Assembly: GCA_028534125.1 (NCBI GenBank)
Contig: CM052816.1
Location: forward strand, 75,022,001-75,086,000
DNA from: Lama glama
Taxonomy: Eukaryota
Length of the DNA stretch: 64,000 nucleotides
Direction of reading: 5' to 3'
Program-made: the position numbers and the translations under genes
In this document: positions 1-14,490 of the stretch, in pieces
Layout: each line of letters begins with the position of its first letter
Numbering within the stretch: the stretch's first letter is position 1
Notes under the pieces: generated by a model
Database searches by the model: none
What the model saw: the letters and a program-made list of their open reading frames with translations, nothing else
What the model was told of the DNA's origin: nothing

Positions 1-579
1 TAGAAATGGTATGTTCCTCATTTGAAAGGATCATGTATGTTTTTCTTCTCTCTTTATATTGTGAGTGAAGGCCCTGCCTTTTTCATTTTTGTACTATCAG
101 TGTCTGATACACAGTAGATCTGGGATATGTGTTTGCTGAATTTGTGAGTTGGAAAGTAGGTGGCAAAAAAGACACTCTTATTATAAGCTATCTAATAGCA
201 TTTTTTTGAGGGATAAAGTTACTTTGTTACATGGTCAGGTGGTGACCTGGGCTGAGCATCTTAAACATTGCTTGGTTGCCTTGCCAAGTTGCTAGTCCAG
301 AAATAAAGCAAAGGCCAAAATATACATGCTTTCCAGAGCCAAGATCAACAAATACGGAAAGGTCATCTCCAAACAGAGCCAGGTTCAAATGTGTAATGGG
401 TTGAAAAGCCAAGCAGAGATCCATGAAAGTGTGGCTAGAAAAACTCCCAAGTCAATGAATGACCAAGTGTATTCTGGTTTATGATATGGACCTCTGTACT
501 TGGAGGGCGTTTCAGATATTTAAAACTGCAGAAAGGAAATGGACTATATCGACCTTTGTGGATTATTTCATTGTCATAA

Positions 580-1060
580 CTTTAGACAGGGTTCCAGAGG
601 ATATCGGTGGTACTCTTGTATTGGATAATTGAGAGAGTTTACCAAAGAGACTTTCTTTTAAAGGAATGGTCAGGGCTGAGGGAAGGCGACATGGGTACTG
701 ATGAACTCTGGAGTTAGGAACAGAGGAGAGCTGTTACCACCAGCCCTGGGCCTGATAAGTTGAGGGGAGGGAGCCACTAGGACCTGGAAGGAAGCCTTAA
801 GGAGAAGGCTATCCAGTGTGCTTGGGCTTACCAGGCAGAGAGCCAGGAGAGTGTAAGTCATGACATTCTGCCATCACCCGCCCCCCATCTTGGTGATGCC
901 TCCCACTGGCTGAACCCCACCAGAAGTGGGTGGACCCAGTCAGAAGCCAGAGGGCAGGGGGGCCTCATAATTCAGTCTGTACATGTCAGCCAGCCCAGGC
1001 ATAGGGCAGGCTGGGGTTGGAGACTAGATCCAGGGGGACAAGCAGCAAATATCCAGCACA
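580..1060. mobile_element. Old MLT1 (J/K-like) LTR relic
   Basis: gcctcccactggctgaacccc...agccagagggcaggg...aatatccagcaca motifs; a similar relic lies near 48400-48770. Confidence 0.5.
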
Positions 1061-2313
1061 GGGACTTGAAGACTTTGATTTTTATTACAGGAGAGCCAAT
1101 GAGAAGGGGAAAGTGAAATCAAGCCACAAATTCATTTGGCAAATGTTCAGCAAATGTTTATGTAGAATCCTGTCTGGTGGAGGAGTTTCTGAGAGATGGA
1201 AAGGCCAGTGCAAAGGCCCCCAGGCAAGATGCCTGGTGTGTTTAAGAGCCAGTAAGGAGGCCAGCAGAGGTAGAGAAGTGAGGAAAGAGAACGGGAGGAG
1301 TGAGGGCAGAGATATGAAAGGGCGCCTCATCACATTCTATCCCATGAGACCCTTTGCTTTGTGCTGAATAAATGAGTACCATGGCGGGATTTTGAGCAGA
1401 GCAGTGACAAGATCTCACATACTTTATACTTGCAGTTTTGGCTGTCATTTTGTGAGTGGATCACAGGGATCAGGAGTAGACACGGGGAAGGTCACTGCAG
1501 TCCCTGGGCAAGAGATGGTGAAGGGTCCCAGAGAAGGCGTGAGAATGCTCAGATTCTGAAGGTAGAGTCAGGATTTCCCTGTAGAGTTGGCATGAAATGT
1601 GTGGGAGGCAGAGCTCACTCCTCTAGTTTTGAAGTGAAGATCTATAAGGATGTGGTTGCCATCAAGTGAGATGGGGAATGCTGCAGGTGGAGCCGAATTT
1701 AGGGGAATGGAATTGTTAACCTGAAGAACTGAGGGCCTCACTAGGAGTTAATTAGGAGTAGGGAAGAAGCAAACAAAACCCAGAAAGCACTGTGTATATG
1801 TGGGGAGGAACCAATTTTCCAAGAGATTCCTTAGTGATTTGGAGTCCTCTAGTAGACAAGTGTATTATTAATCTTCAGGGAATTGTCCCCGTGTCTCAAA
1901 GTGCATTCTTTTAAGAATACTTGTTATTTAGGCTTCAGTTTTCTTTTGGACCAAGTAAGAATAAACCATGCCGCTATTCTTTTTACACCCATGGTGGGTG
2001 GGAAATGTTATGAGATTCAATATTGGAAGGCTAGGACTGTGAAACAAGTCTACTAGAAGGTTGACCTGTTACCTGGACTACTTTAAGGTACTCAGTGTGT
2101 CAGGACTGCCTGGAAGAGGTTAGAAGCTTGGAAATGACACTTCTTTTTTCTTTTTTTAAGAATTAGGAAAGAGTTGAGTGGGAATGGTCACTTGTGACGT
2201 AAGGAGGATGAGGATGGGGAGTGGCATCAAGGTGGGAGAAAAGGAGGATGTTAGGAGAAATGTCAGTGGTTTGTCATATAAAATGTCAAGTTTTTGAACG
2301 TAAGTGATGCTAG

Positions 2314-2544
<231 letters not shown>

Positions 2545-3439
2545 TAAAATTTAACTTTTTCCTTGTAGAAATTTCTTTGTGTGAGAGAGGTAAGGTAGAG
2601 AGAATGCCATTTTGCCAAACCAAGGAAATTTGTCCATAGGTGACATCTCTTGATTGCTAGAGGACTCCTATTTTGTTGCTGTGCACTGAAAAAGAAAGTA
2701 TTTATAGTGAAACTGTCCAGGCTACAGGATGGTATTTTCATTTTGACACTATAATGTATATTTCACTAGAGCATGCAAAAGGACTTGCTGAAATGTTTGA
2801 GGATTGCCTTAAAAGTTAATTCCTATGAATCATGGAATTAGAAATTTGTGGGGAATCTGGTCTTGCTGAGACATACCAGGAAAGTGAAGCCCAGGGAGGG
2901 TAGCAAAACCAGCCACCTTGCGGAGTAAGTGGGGGTCAGAGCCCAAGTCTCCAAGGAACTGAAGCCATTTCAAAGTAAGCAGTTACTGCAATTAATCTAG
3001 CAAGTTCCTTCTCCTCTTATACATCATCTCCTATCCTGACTGAGTTTGCCATTGAGGAAACTTTTTGAAGCCATCTAGGTAAAACAAGGTTTCCAGGTCG
3101 AATGCATTGGTCTTCTATTTTGACATGGTCTGCCTTCGTCTCTGAAACCACCACTCTGCTTTATTTTTGTCCACAGAATATATTACCAGTGACTTCATCA
3201 AATTGGTAATAATGTAATGTAGCAGAATTTTAAAGATTAAATAATTGGATCCCAGTATGTGCTGGTCTGGAGATAGCATGCACGGGAGAACCGTTCTATC
3301 TACCACAGGCTTCACGTTGTGTCTCAAGTCACACCTGATCACTCTACAGTGTTGCCACCTGCACTGTCACAGCATTGCTCTGTGCTTGATATTTATCCAA
3401 CTTTCACTGAAAGTTTTTTTGAGAATAAAAAAAAGTGTA

Positions 3440-3760
3440 CTGTCTTCATTGTTGTACTGCTTCAACAAAATACCACATACTAGGTGGCTTAGAGAAATTT
3501 ATTTCTCGCTGTTATGGTGGCTGAGAAGTGTAAAATCAGGGAGCAAGGCTGATTTGGTTCTCGGTAGAGGGGAGGACACACACATGTGAGTGAGTGCTCT
3601 CAGGTCTTTTATTAGAAGGACTCTAATTCTCTTGGATCGGGGCCCTACCCTTATGTCATTTATATTGACTCCCATAAAAGCCCCCCTCCATATCCAGTCA
3701 TTTTGGGGGTTAGGAGTTTAACATATGAATTTTGGGAGGCATACAAATTAGTCCACAGCA
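3440..3760 (-). mobile_element. MLT1A/B-like MaLR solo LTR
   Basis: aacaaaataccaca...ggtggctta...aatttatttctc and terminal acatatgaattttgggagg...agtccacagca. Confidence 0.7.
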
Positions 3761-5328
3761 TATATTTTCATCTTCACATTATAGCCTGAGATACCTTATC
3801 CTTTGCGTTTTGGAGCTGTTGAAAATGAACTTTTCAATTACCTTTTTTATCTTTCGTATTATCCTTTATTTTGTCAGAGGGCCTATACTTGGGAGAGGAA
3901 CTTCCTTAATATTTCTTGCAAATTCTTTCTTTAAGCCAGAAGAGGTCAGTGTCTCCTTCCCCAGCTTAGTGGCACATAAGTAAATACTGACTCTGGCAAC
4001 TCGTTCTGCAACCTGAGGGCCGGGGAGGAAGGGCTGGTGAAGGGGTAGGGTTAGGACTCGCCTGGGGGTTGGCTGCAGGGGCCTGGTGGCACCTGCAGAG
4101 GAAAATAGTCTACTTTCTCTCCCTTGCCCAGTTGGACAGAGAGAAGGAGTAAGGTATTCAGGGAAGGAGGACATAAAAAATATTTCAAAGTAGGGAGTGT
4201 TACTATGGTGGTTTTGACGATTTAATTTTCGTGAACGTTATTAACTTAAAATATCCACAGCACAGAAAGGGTCACCTCTGCCCATTAGATAGAAAATGAA
4301 TTATCTGGAAGGTTTTCAGTTAAGGTACAAGTCCATCCTTCCCCAGAACATTCCACCTACTTGAAATGACTGTCTGAAATTCCAGCTGTTATTCCCTGCT
4401 TTGAGTTTAGTGTTCATAGGCTTTAGTTAAAGTAGAAAATTGTTTTTAGGTTAGGACAATATTAACAAACTGTCATTAATATCTAAACCTATTCTGACTA
4501 CTGATCAGCCAGTCAGTTATCTAGTCGGAATATGATGTAACTAGACCGTTACAGTAGGTTTCAAGTTAGGGAGCGTGTCAGGAAAGGTTCAGGACCAGAG
4601 TTACTCCCCTGTGGGCGAACTGGGTGGAAAGGCAGTTGGTGGTGGGAGAGAGGGAGGGAAATTAGATTTGAAATCACTGGCCTCTAGATGGGGGTCGAGG
4701 ATGATCAAAACAAGATATAAAGAAACTTTACACACAGCAGTTCCTACTGTGAACAAAATTTGAATTTCTCTTGGCTTTTAAAGACAGATTTACCTCTGTG
4801 TTGTACTCTTTGTCTAGCTTTGGATTTTTCCTTCGTTAGATGAAATACTTACAAGAATGGTTTAGAATAAATTCTAAATACATTTGGATATTTTACATTA
4901 TTGTCAGATAATCATGACATTATTAATGATAAGGTTCAGGCCATGCTTACATATAACATACAGTAAAACACAAAATTCAGTTGTATGTTTTTTAATGTCT
5001 ACAGTTTGACGTTACATACTTCAGATTTGAAAACTGATTTTAAAAAATTACAGATAGGCTGATGTGGACTATGATGTCAAGAAACCAGTGGAAGACATGG
5101 AAGCTGAAAGCCTGATTATACAGATAAGCAGTTACACTAAGAATTAAGGGTTCAGCACAGAGAGGGTGCTGTCCAGAGAGACAGTAATTGTTTTAAATTG
5201 ATCTTCTCGCCTGCAGGATTAGTGAAACATACCAAGTAGGTGCTGTTCAGGTTGATAAGTGTTTCTGTGCCCACAGACAGAAGTGTGCTTAATGGACTTT
5301 TGACGGCGGGTTATTTGCTCATGTGCAG

Positions 5329-5478
5329 GGCACGCTTGCAGAGAGGATTCGTGCAGGTGGGGCTGGAGTTCCCGCGTTTTACACCAGCACCGGGTATGGG
5401 ACCCTGGTGCAGGAAGGAGGGGCGCCCATCAAATACAACAAGGATGGCAGCATTGCCATTGCCAGTAAGCCGCGAGAG
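5329..5478 (+). CDS. OXCT1: OXCT1 exon 5 (150 nt): [50 protein letters not shown]
   Basis: gtgcag acceptor, GAG|gtaaga donor; conserved [15 protein letters not shown] motif of family I CoA-transferases spans the exon 4/5 junction. Confidence 0.97.
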
Positions 5479-6124
5479 GTAAGACGCCTGCACGCCACTG
5501 CCAGCCTCGCAGTCCAGGGCAAATAAGCGTAAAACCACAGCTGTGTGACAGGAAACACTGCCATTCATTCATTATTGTAAGTATGTCAGGGACCATTTCT
5601 AGCTAATGGTGAGCATCCGCTCGTAATGAAAATCACATAGAAGAACCAGAATAAGTGAACGAGAAGAAAAGAAACTATAATCCATAGAAGAAGTGTGAGT
5701 CAGTTTCGTTTTATGGTAGGTTTGAACAAATTTAAGAGCGTTTATAATTGCTGATTGTGTTTCTGTGGAAAATAGAGTAGATGTATGATATATATATGGG
5801 ATTAAAGTCTTTATGCTCAGGCCCCTTGTGGATGTGACGGAAGGGGAAAAATAAACCAAAGAAATCGTAAGTTTGTCTATAATCTTAAAAAGTGGGGAAC
5901 AATTTTAATTATATAATGAAATAGAGAGTCCATGTTATTATCTCCTTCATCCTTCATTTGGTTTACTGGACACATCTGAGCTTCAGGCTGAGTAACAGTT
6001 TTATTTAAAGTGCTGGATAGGATGGGATATCCTTATACTAAATAATTTTACCGACATATTCAAGAAACAGAACTCTAGATATAAGTATCTGAGATACTCA
6101 AGTTTGAACCAATGACACGGGCCC

Positions 6125-6261
6125 GGGGGAAGGTATAGCTCAGTGGTAGAGCGCGTTCGTAGCGTACACGAGATCCTGGGTTCAATCCCCAGTATCTCTA
6201 TTAAATATAAATATATAAATAAATAAACTTAATCCCCCCTAAAATAAAATCAAAAAGATAA
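6125..6261 (+). mobile_element. tRNA-derived SINE (camelid Vic-1-like), relatively young
   Basis: Pol III A box TAGCTCAGTGG (6136-6146), B box GGTTCAATCC (6179-6188), A-rich tail; TSD AATGACAC[G/A]GGCC at 6111-6123 and 6262-6274. Confidence 0.88.
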
Positions 6262-6989
6262 AATGACACAGGCCAATATTTCATTGCTATACTTTTTGAA
6301 TCTTTCCCTTCTCCCTGCCCACATGGTTCAAGACAGTTAATGAAGGTTGCCGAAATGCTGATGTTTATCTCTAGGGGAGCGAAACATAGTAAATCAAGGC
6401 TCTCATCACCTTTCTGCCTTTGGGGTGTTAGCTCTGCACCTCTGTGTTTTGCTGGGAGATAAAGATCACGGCCCTTGTCCCCTGCTGTCCAGTGTTTGTC
6501 TCCAGCAGTGTCTCCATCTGGGGCTTAGAGTGACCTATATTGACTCAAGGCTTTTATTAACATTTTCATATTCTATCTTGCTTCTTTCTTTACTGCCTAA
6601 CTAGGTTAAAAAGTTTTGATAAAGTAAAAGACAGGCACCTAGATATTAGAACGGATCTGAGTTAATGTAGATAAAGATGCCCTGCAAAATCGGGTGAATG
6701 CTTTGAGAGCTTTCTGGAAGTTACAGCATTAGCTCACCCTGGGAAAGTGTAAAATAGACTAGAATCTGTTCTGAATACCTGGATTCATTTCAGCCTGGAG
6801 TCAGGTGCATGAATCCAGCAATTCTGTAATTTTGTCTGAATCCCCTAGGAATACAACAGATAATTTCTTGAAATGATTCTTGTTAGCCCTTTGTTTTCCT
6901 TGATTATAGTGGGAAGAGGAAGTGAGTGAACTCCTCAAGTCAGTGATACTCCTTGAGGTCCTTCTCCTTGTCACACACCGGTCTAAGTG

Positions 6990-8210
6990 CGGTGGAAAGG
7001 GGAGCACCTAGACCAAGTCTTCTTGTAGTGGAGGAGCTGACAGGGAGCGGAGAAACAAACTCTCCACATCAGCACTGGAAGTCCTGTGAACAAAAATCAA
7101 GTCGGGCAAAGGCAGAAAGAGTGCCCAGTGGCCAGGGAGGTGACGTTCCAGGCTGAGTCGGGAAAACGTCTCGGAGGGGTTGACATTTGGTAGAGTCCTG
7201 AATAAAATAGGGGAATGAGCTGGGTGAAGGTTACAGGATTGTGTTCTAGGAAGGGGAAGGACAGGGTCCTGGGGCAGGCTTGCCTTGTGCATGGAACAGC
7301 AGGGCTGTGAGACCGGAACAGAGTAATTGAGGCAGAGGGTGGGAGGACTGGAGTTCTGAGTAGAGGCAGGAGAGCCATGTGGGCTGAGTTACATTTTGGA
7401 AGGATCACCGTGGCCATTGGGTAATGAGTTTTTTGGTGGGGGCCCAAGAGCAGAAGCAGCAAGAGAGCTGAAGAGGCTGTTGTGTTAATACCGATGGGAG
7501 TGGAAGGTGGTTTAGACTAAGGTAGTAATAGTGGAATTTGTGAGAAGTGGCTGGAATTGCAATAGTAGTTAGTAGAGGCAACAGGATTTACTGAGTAAGA
7601 GCAGGCAGGAATAAAGTGTGCTGCTTACTGAGATGGGCCAAGCCTGGGGGTAATCAGAGAGCCCTGTCTAGGACTTGGTCCGTCTGAGACGTTTATGAGC
7701 CTCCAAGAGGAGGAGCTCAGTGGACTCCAGCTCGGGGAGGGTTGAGAGCTGGAACAGGAATTTGGGAGGCATCCGCATACGTACTGAATTCTATGGGACA
7801 GATGAGTGGCTTGGGCCAGAGTGCAGAGAGAGAGCACCTCTTTTGCATTTGAGGGTTTAGAAGAGGGAGGCCTGTTATGTAAAGGTTGAAAAGAGGAAAA
7901 GGAGCAGCAAGTAAGATGGGAAAGAGTGTCTAGTGAGTGAAGAGGAAACCGAGGGGAGTCTGGTGATTTGAAAGATGGGAGCTTTTAACAACAGAGGGGG
8001 TGATCAGCTGAGTCATAGTGTGAAGAGGCTGGGTAGAGAGGACTGGAAAAGGACCATTGGATTTGGAAGCATGGAGGTCATTGGTGACCCTAAAGAGTGA
8101 TTTTTTTCTACAGTAGAAGACTTTTCTGGAATGGTGAAAACTTGATTGGAGTGGATTCAAGGAAGGACTGCAGAGGAGGAAGTGGGGAACTGTAAAATGC
8201 ACAACTTTTC
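6990..8210 (-). mobile_element. L2 LINE fragment
   Basis: Purine-rich antisense L2 motifs (ccattggatttggaagcatggaggtcattggtgacc); similar pieces at about 1130-1700 and 21560-22130. Confidence 0.65.
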
Positions 8211-9639
8211 CAAGTGAAAAAAATAGCTAGTTTGACGAAAGCAGTTCCTTCCCTGTTTTTACGTTTTAGATTAGCTAACATTCATTCCCTTCGGGAAGTT
8301 GTATAATTGAAATAGAACAAAATGCCAGCTTTTTAACTTTGCCCTCAGTTAACATATATTTAGATGTGTATGCAGTTTCCTAGATCTGTATGTAAAAGGC
8401 TCAACAACTGCCACCATTGGTGATGACTTTGAAATACATACGACTCTTAAAAACTGTATCGATGCATCACTTACACATATCGTCTGTATAATTTGTCTAA
8501 GATCATATCAATTCGGTCCTCATTCATCAATGATCCCCTAAATTCATTAATCTTTTCTAGGAGGAAAGTGAGATAATGTCTTTAAAAGAAGCTGTTCTTT
8601 AAGAAAGGATTTCTATTTTAAACCACAATTAAAGAAAAGTAGCTGTGCGTGAACTTTTCTGAAGCTTTCTGTAAAATGCTTACATTTGTCCGCCAGGGGG
8701 CGCAGTAGGCATGAGAATGGAGTCCAGCCTTCGAAGGGTTCCTGTCTGTGTGGTGATGGAGACTCGGTATTGACGTTGTTTCCTCTCTTCTTTGTTTTAA
8801 TTCCCAGAGCTAAGTAAGTCCCCATAAAGAAAAAAGGAACAAAATGCCATGGCATAGTTTTGCTTTATGCCTCTTCTCGCCTCTCCTCCCACTCGGAGTG
8901 GAATTAAAAGTCAATAAACATACAAAAATCAATAGCATTCCATTAGACCAGTAATGACAAAAGAGAAGACGTAGTCGATAAAATGCAACATTCACAGTAG
9001 CATCAAAAACTATGGAACACCCATGAGTAAACCTAAAAAATATATACAAAACTTTTTTTTTTTGGTATGAGGGAATCAGAACTATTGAAGGAGGTAAAAA
9101 AAGACTTAAAGTAATGCTTAATTATGGTCAGGGTTGAGGGGATATGGCATGTCACCTCTCTCCAAATTTTAGGAATCCCAATTAAAATCTCAACAGATGA
9201 TTATAGGTTAATTAGGAGAGATGAATGTATTTTTGTGACTATTTTAGGTAAAAACACAATACATTGCCCATTTCATGTAACTTGTATGGTTTTTTTCTAG
9301 GGTGAAGAGAAAAGGGCTATTTTTCACGTTCAAGGTGTAACTTATTCACACAAATAATAACATGAATGCTCTCACACACGGTCAGTGCCTTAAGCATGAG
9401 GACCTTCAGTTCCTTAAATTTACCAAGCTCTGTCATGCCACTGGGCCTTTGCACATGCTGCTCCCTCCGTTTCCTCCTCACCACTTTGACTAAGTCCTGG
9501 TTGCCTATGCTACTCATCCTTGAAGCCTCAGTTTAGATCTTGTCTGTCTAGAAACCTTCCTCAACGAGGCTTATATCCCTAACCATCTTCCTCTATTAGA
9601 GCATGTATCACAGCCAAACAGGGCCTGTGTGGATCCTGA

Positions 9640-9771
<132 letters not shown>

Positions 9772-12044
9772 TAGTACGATGGTTTTTCAAAAATGTTAAT
9801 GTAATGCATTTCAGCAACTTCATATTTCTGAAATTACCATTACAAAATGAATATCTTAATCTATTTGGTGTTTAAAAACTTATCTAAAAAATGGCTTAAA
9901 ATCAAACACACCCACATATGTGTATATATACGTGTGTCTGTGCAGGACTACTGCTGTGTGGTGGTGCTGGTTGGGTGTCCCTGAGGGCATCTGTTCTGAT
10001 TGGTTGGTGTCCATGGTGCACTGGTTGTTAACTGTTTGACTATGTGCATTTGTGTGTAGACACATACAAGTTATTTTTTGCCCCTCTGTATTTCAGTTGC
10101 CAAGACTAGTTGCAGTGCTGCAACATGCTTAGAAAATGTGACAAAAGCACATGATTATATTTAATTTGACATTGTTATTATATGTATTGTCTTAAAATGC
10201 CTAACTTGCTTTGATATTCTGGGAAAATATTGTTAATAATCATTTAGGTCAGTCTTTTTCCAGGCCTATTGGTGTCTACTAGGAAATGCTTGTAAAGATT
10301 ACATCTGAAAAGTTGGATAACCTTAATAATATGGAACTTTTATTCTCATTGTCTGATAGCCACAGATATTAAGCCATTTAATAGATTTCCATGTCTTTTG
10401 CTTACCCTAAGCATAGTAAATACCTAGTATTTAGTTTCTTGTGTTTAGGGATTATACAGTTGTTTTTTTGAAAATTATGCCACCTTTGAATGTACACAGA
10501 AAAGTTTTCCAAAATGTTTGGCCTTGAAGACTGTACTTGTTGAATTACAGAAATAATTTTCTTTCCATAATAGTGTCCTCTTCTGCTTTTAGCTAGTGAT
10601 TTTTTTTTTGTCTTTACCAAATGCAGCTTTGATATGATCACAATTAAATTCTCAATGGTCACATTCAGTATTGTTTTTGTTCATCTCTGAAGACCTTATA
10701 TGAGACTAATACTATATTTGATGTCTTGAATTCAGCTAGTTTTTGAAATTACAGCTAATTTTGGCAGTTACAGAGGACCCTTTGAATGATGCCGACTTTG
10801 ACACCTTGGTGCAATGTTTGCAAAACTTAGTTTTTTTTTTTTAAAGATTAATGAAATTGTATATTAGCAAATGGAAATGAATTATTTAAAATATTTCCTT
10901 GAGTTTATCCTGTGCTTTATTGCCTGGCTCTGTTTTCTAAAGACGGCATGAGGGCTATTCCTAGCACAGACGTTATACGTGTGGTTTCTGCTCAGTAGCT
11001 GTTGAGCTTTGGTGTGAAATGAAAGTGCTCATTGCCAGTGGTCAGGTGGCCTGGGTCCTTAAGATACTGACCTCTAGGTGACCTTCATGTTTAATGGGAC
11101 ATCAGGGACAGAGGTCTGGCGAGGCCGTTGTTGAGGGGGGAGAGCCCTGCGTGCCTTCACCTCAGGCCACTCTGCCCTTGGGGCTTTTGATGTTGGATGT
11201 CTGCATCCAACACTACCTTGTGAAAGGACACAAGGATTCCTCTTTCAAGGACACCCTATGTATTCTTGAATCCAGGTGAAAGAAACATTAGTGGCATAAA
11301 AGAGCTGATAAGACATAGCTGTGACTTATTTCCCTTTACTGAAGAAATTCCTCCATCAGTTTACCCTCTCAGAAAATAAAATACATTTAAATTTTTATGA
11401 TTGGAGGAAGTGCATTAGTTTAAGAACTTGGGAATGCAGAACCATCAGGAAAATTGGCCCCTTCTTGAAATTTTTACACCGCTGGGTCTAATGTGGGTGT
11501 TGTACTTCAAAAAATTTCATTAGAAGTTGGTTCTCTAGAATGATCTTTGTAGGTGACTCACAAATTACCCATGAGTGTTTCATTTAATTTCAGCAATAGG
11601 CTTCTCTTTAATAGAGAATGTAATTATCATACCTTCTCGTATAAAGTACTTGCTGCTTTTCTTAATATTTTAACAAGAGCAAGTTTAGTGAAACATTTAA
11701 CTATAGAAACAAAGTGGCATCTCAAAAGGTTTAGAGAAATAAGCTTTAGAGTAGATTTATTAATATCCATTTTATTTTTCTGTGTGTAATATATATTGAA
11801 TGTGAAAAATAGTCCCTCTTTTTCTTAGCCCCGTAAAAAACTATGCAATTTAATGAAGTGGCCATTGTGTTGTTTTTATTTATGAAATAGCTATGAAACT
11901 TATGGAAAATATGATACACTCTTTTAAAAGGATTCAGAGTCCTAGTTTACAGAAATTATTTTAAACTAATAATTAAAGCTGAGAGAGACACTCCTTATTT
12001 TTGGTCTTTTTTCCCCACCTTGTTTTCCCCCACCCCTAATTTAG

Positions 12045-12105
12045 GAAAAGTGCAAGGAATTTCAACCTGCCGATGTGCAAAGCTGCGGAAACCACAATAG
12101 TGGAG
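12045..12105 (+). CDS. OXCT1: OXCT1 exon 7 (61 nt): [20 protein letters not shown]
   Basis: cccctaatttag acceptor, GAG|gtgaga donor; ARNFN motif; phase matches exon 6. Confidence 0.96.
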
Positions 12106-13569
12106 GTGAGAGAAGAGGTTATTTCTGATTTCCTGAGGTTAATGTTTAAACTCGATGTTATGTATTTGTTCAGGAAAAAGTGCAACAGTTCATTTGTTTT
12201 CAGGACAAACAATGACCACTTTTTCATTTTGGACGTCGGAGGATTCTATTTAAACAAATAATGGTTGACGTTTTACTGTAACCTTAGCTTCCTGGGTAGC
12301 GAGGGTCTCACTAGGATGCCCTCTTTGGGAGTCAAGCCATGAGGCTGACCAGCTTGTAAAAGTCCTTTGCTACTTGAGTTAAATGGACCTTCTTGGGTAA
12401 AATCCCAAGGTGAATTTTTGTGTACAGAATCCCAGGGAAGTAGTAACTTTTGTCAGCAGTTCCTTATCTTACTGTGTCAGATACTGGGGACTCTTTAAGG
12501 AGGAAGGTGGGTGGTACAGCTCATTGCTTTGATGTGGTTCTGTTCTGAATAGTTGAATTAAGGGACCAACTGACTGTCCTTTGGATGTCTCAGGGTTTGG
12601 GAGAGGCGAATAATTCTAGAATCTTCCCTGGGTTCAAGCTCTGGGATGGAAATAGGTGCCATTTTGTTTATACGTATTTGAGCCTGAAAGAAGAGTTTCA
12701 AAATGATTCTTATCTCGAAGCTTTGCGGAACCAAATTTTCAGGGGCATTTGAGATAGCTTTCCCGTGGGAGGGCTTTGCAGGACTCCATCCTGGGGTCTG
12801 GAAATGAGAATACTTGTTCTTGATTCTTCTCGTGATGGTAGTATTGTACCTGTCATCTTTTGGTTCCTCCAAGCTGGTATTTCATGGAGGCAGGGCTGCT
12901 GTATTTGTGAAACAATCAGATGTTAGAATTCTGTTTCTCTCTTGGAAAGTGAAGTGCTGGAGGACGTGTGCTTTCAACCCTGGCGTGCTGGTTTCTTTGC
13001 AGTGGCCTCAGTCTGTCTTCTACATTTAAAATGGAAAATGTGGTTTACTCTCTCTGTGCAATCTATTTTTTTATTTATCAAATCATCTTAATGACTTTTC
13101 CATTGAACACATCTGTAACATTACTGAAAAAAGCCTACAACACTGCTTAAAATAATTGATAGTGTAACCTTCTATTGATTTTATGTGCTTCTGTAAAACT
13201 GCCACAAACCAGTATTTTTTCTCTCAGTACCATGGGGCAATATACAGTATCCTGGGTGAAGTTCTTTTTTTTTTTTTTCCTTCTTTTTAATCTGGTTCTT
13301 TCCAGCCAATCTTATCTTTTCCAAAAGCAGAAAGTGACTTTCTACTGTCTGAGAATTAGTGTAGCTATTAGAAAAGAGAGATTCTCTTTTGACATAAGGG
13401 AAGGGGAGTTAAAATCCTTTAACTGAGCCTGCAAATATGACAAAGGCTGCCCAACCGGTCCCAGAACAGACATCTCTGGTCTCTCACAGCACTCTGTCCT
13501 GTGAGACCCAGACTCATATAAGTATCCCTTTCAATGCAGTGCTGCTGACGGCCACTCCCAATTGATTAT

Positions 13570-13746
13570 ATCCACACTATCCAACATGGTAGCCACTAGC
13601 CACATGTGACTTTTAAAATTTAAATAAATTAAAATTAAATGGAGTAAAAACTCAGTTTCTCTTCAGTGGCCACATGTGCTAGCAACTACTGTGTTAATCA
13701 GCACAGATAGAGAATCTTATCACTCTAGAAAACTTAATTGAACAGA
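13570..13746. mobile_element. MER3/MER33-like hAT relic
   Basis: atggtagccactagccacatgtg and second gccacatgtgctag copy. Confidence 0.65.
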
Positions 13747-14239
13747 GTTTAATTAGAAGGATCAAGATAAAGTGTAGTTCGTCATTCTGTTTGAGGAATA
13801 TAAGCAAACAGCGATTGAGGCCTCAGATTATTGTAACCCGCCCCCACCCACCGCATGCTCAGAGTAGAAGAGGTCCACATGCCTTCAGATTGAATTGTAA
13901 GAGCTGTGCCCTTGGAAGTAGAAAGTAACCTGGAGTTGGGGATGATGAGTAGATTGGGTGTTTCCTGATATGAAAAATCTGTCTGGACTGTGAGTTTTGT
14001 GTTATTCTGAGTCCAGTGAGTCCAGCTGGGCCTCCAGCTCCTCTTCTGTGCTATTTTCTGTGCATCCCGTTGCCTGTGTGGGCCTTCAGAATGGTATGAT
14101 TCTTGTCCTCCAGCCCTGTCCTGCTTTATTTTGTAGTGGTCCTAGTGAGATGGATGATCATGAGCTGGTCTCTGAAGTGCGGTATTTAACAGGACTCTCA
14201 GAGATCATAAACTGCCTATTTTCCTGCCTGTTCAATATT

Positions 14240-14490
14240 AACAATAATAATAGCTATTCCTAATCAAGTATTTATTATGTATTAGTCATTGCAGTATTCT
14301 TTATGTACATTATTTTTTTTAATCTTCACAATAGTCTTATGAGATAGGAACTGTTATTATCTTTATTCTACAGATGAAGACTTTGAAGCACAGAGAGGTT
14401 AAGTTGTATACCTGCTGTCACACAGCCAGGTGAAGCTAGGATAGAATCATAGGAGGACTGATTCCAGGGTGTCTGCACTTTTCCACTGTT
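14240..14490 (-). mobile_element. MIR SINE
   Basis: MIR core ttctacagatgaaga...gcacagagaggttaagt; other MIRs near 25070-25280, 55970-56380 and 62860-63070. Confidence 0.7.

Noticed and set aside
4017..4081. G-run cluster, possible G-quadruplex
   Set aside because: Long irregular loops, common motif and no supporting context
6125..6200. Functional tRNA gene
   Set aside because: Followed by an A-rich tail, flanked by a TSD and present in four diverged copies, so a SINE head
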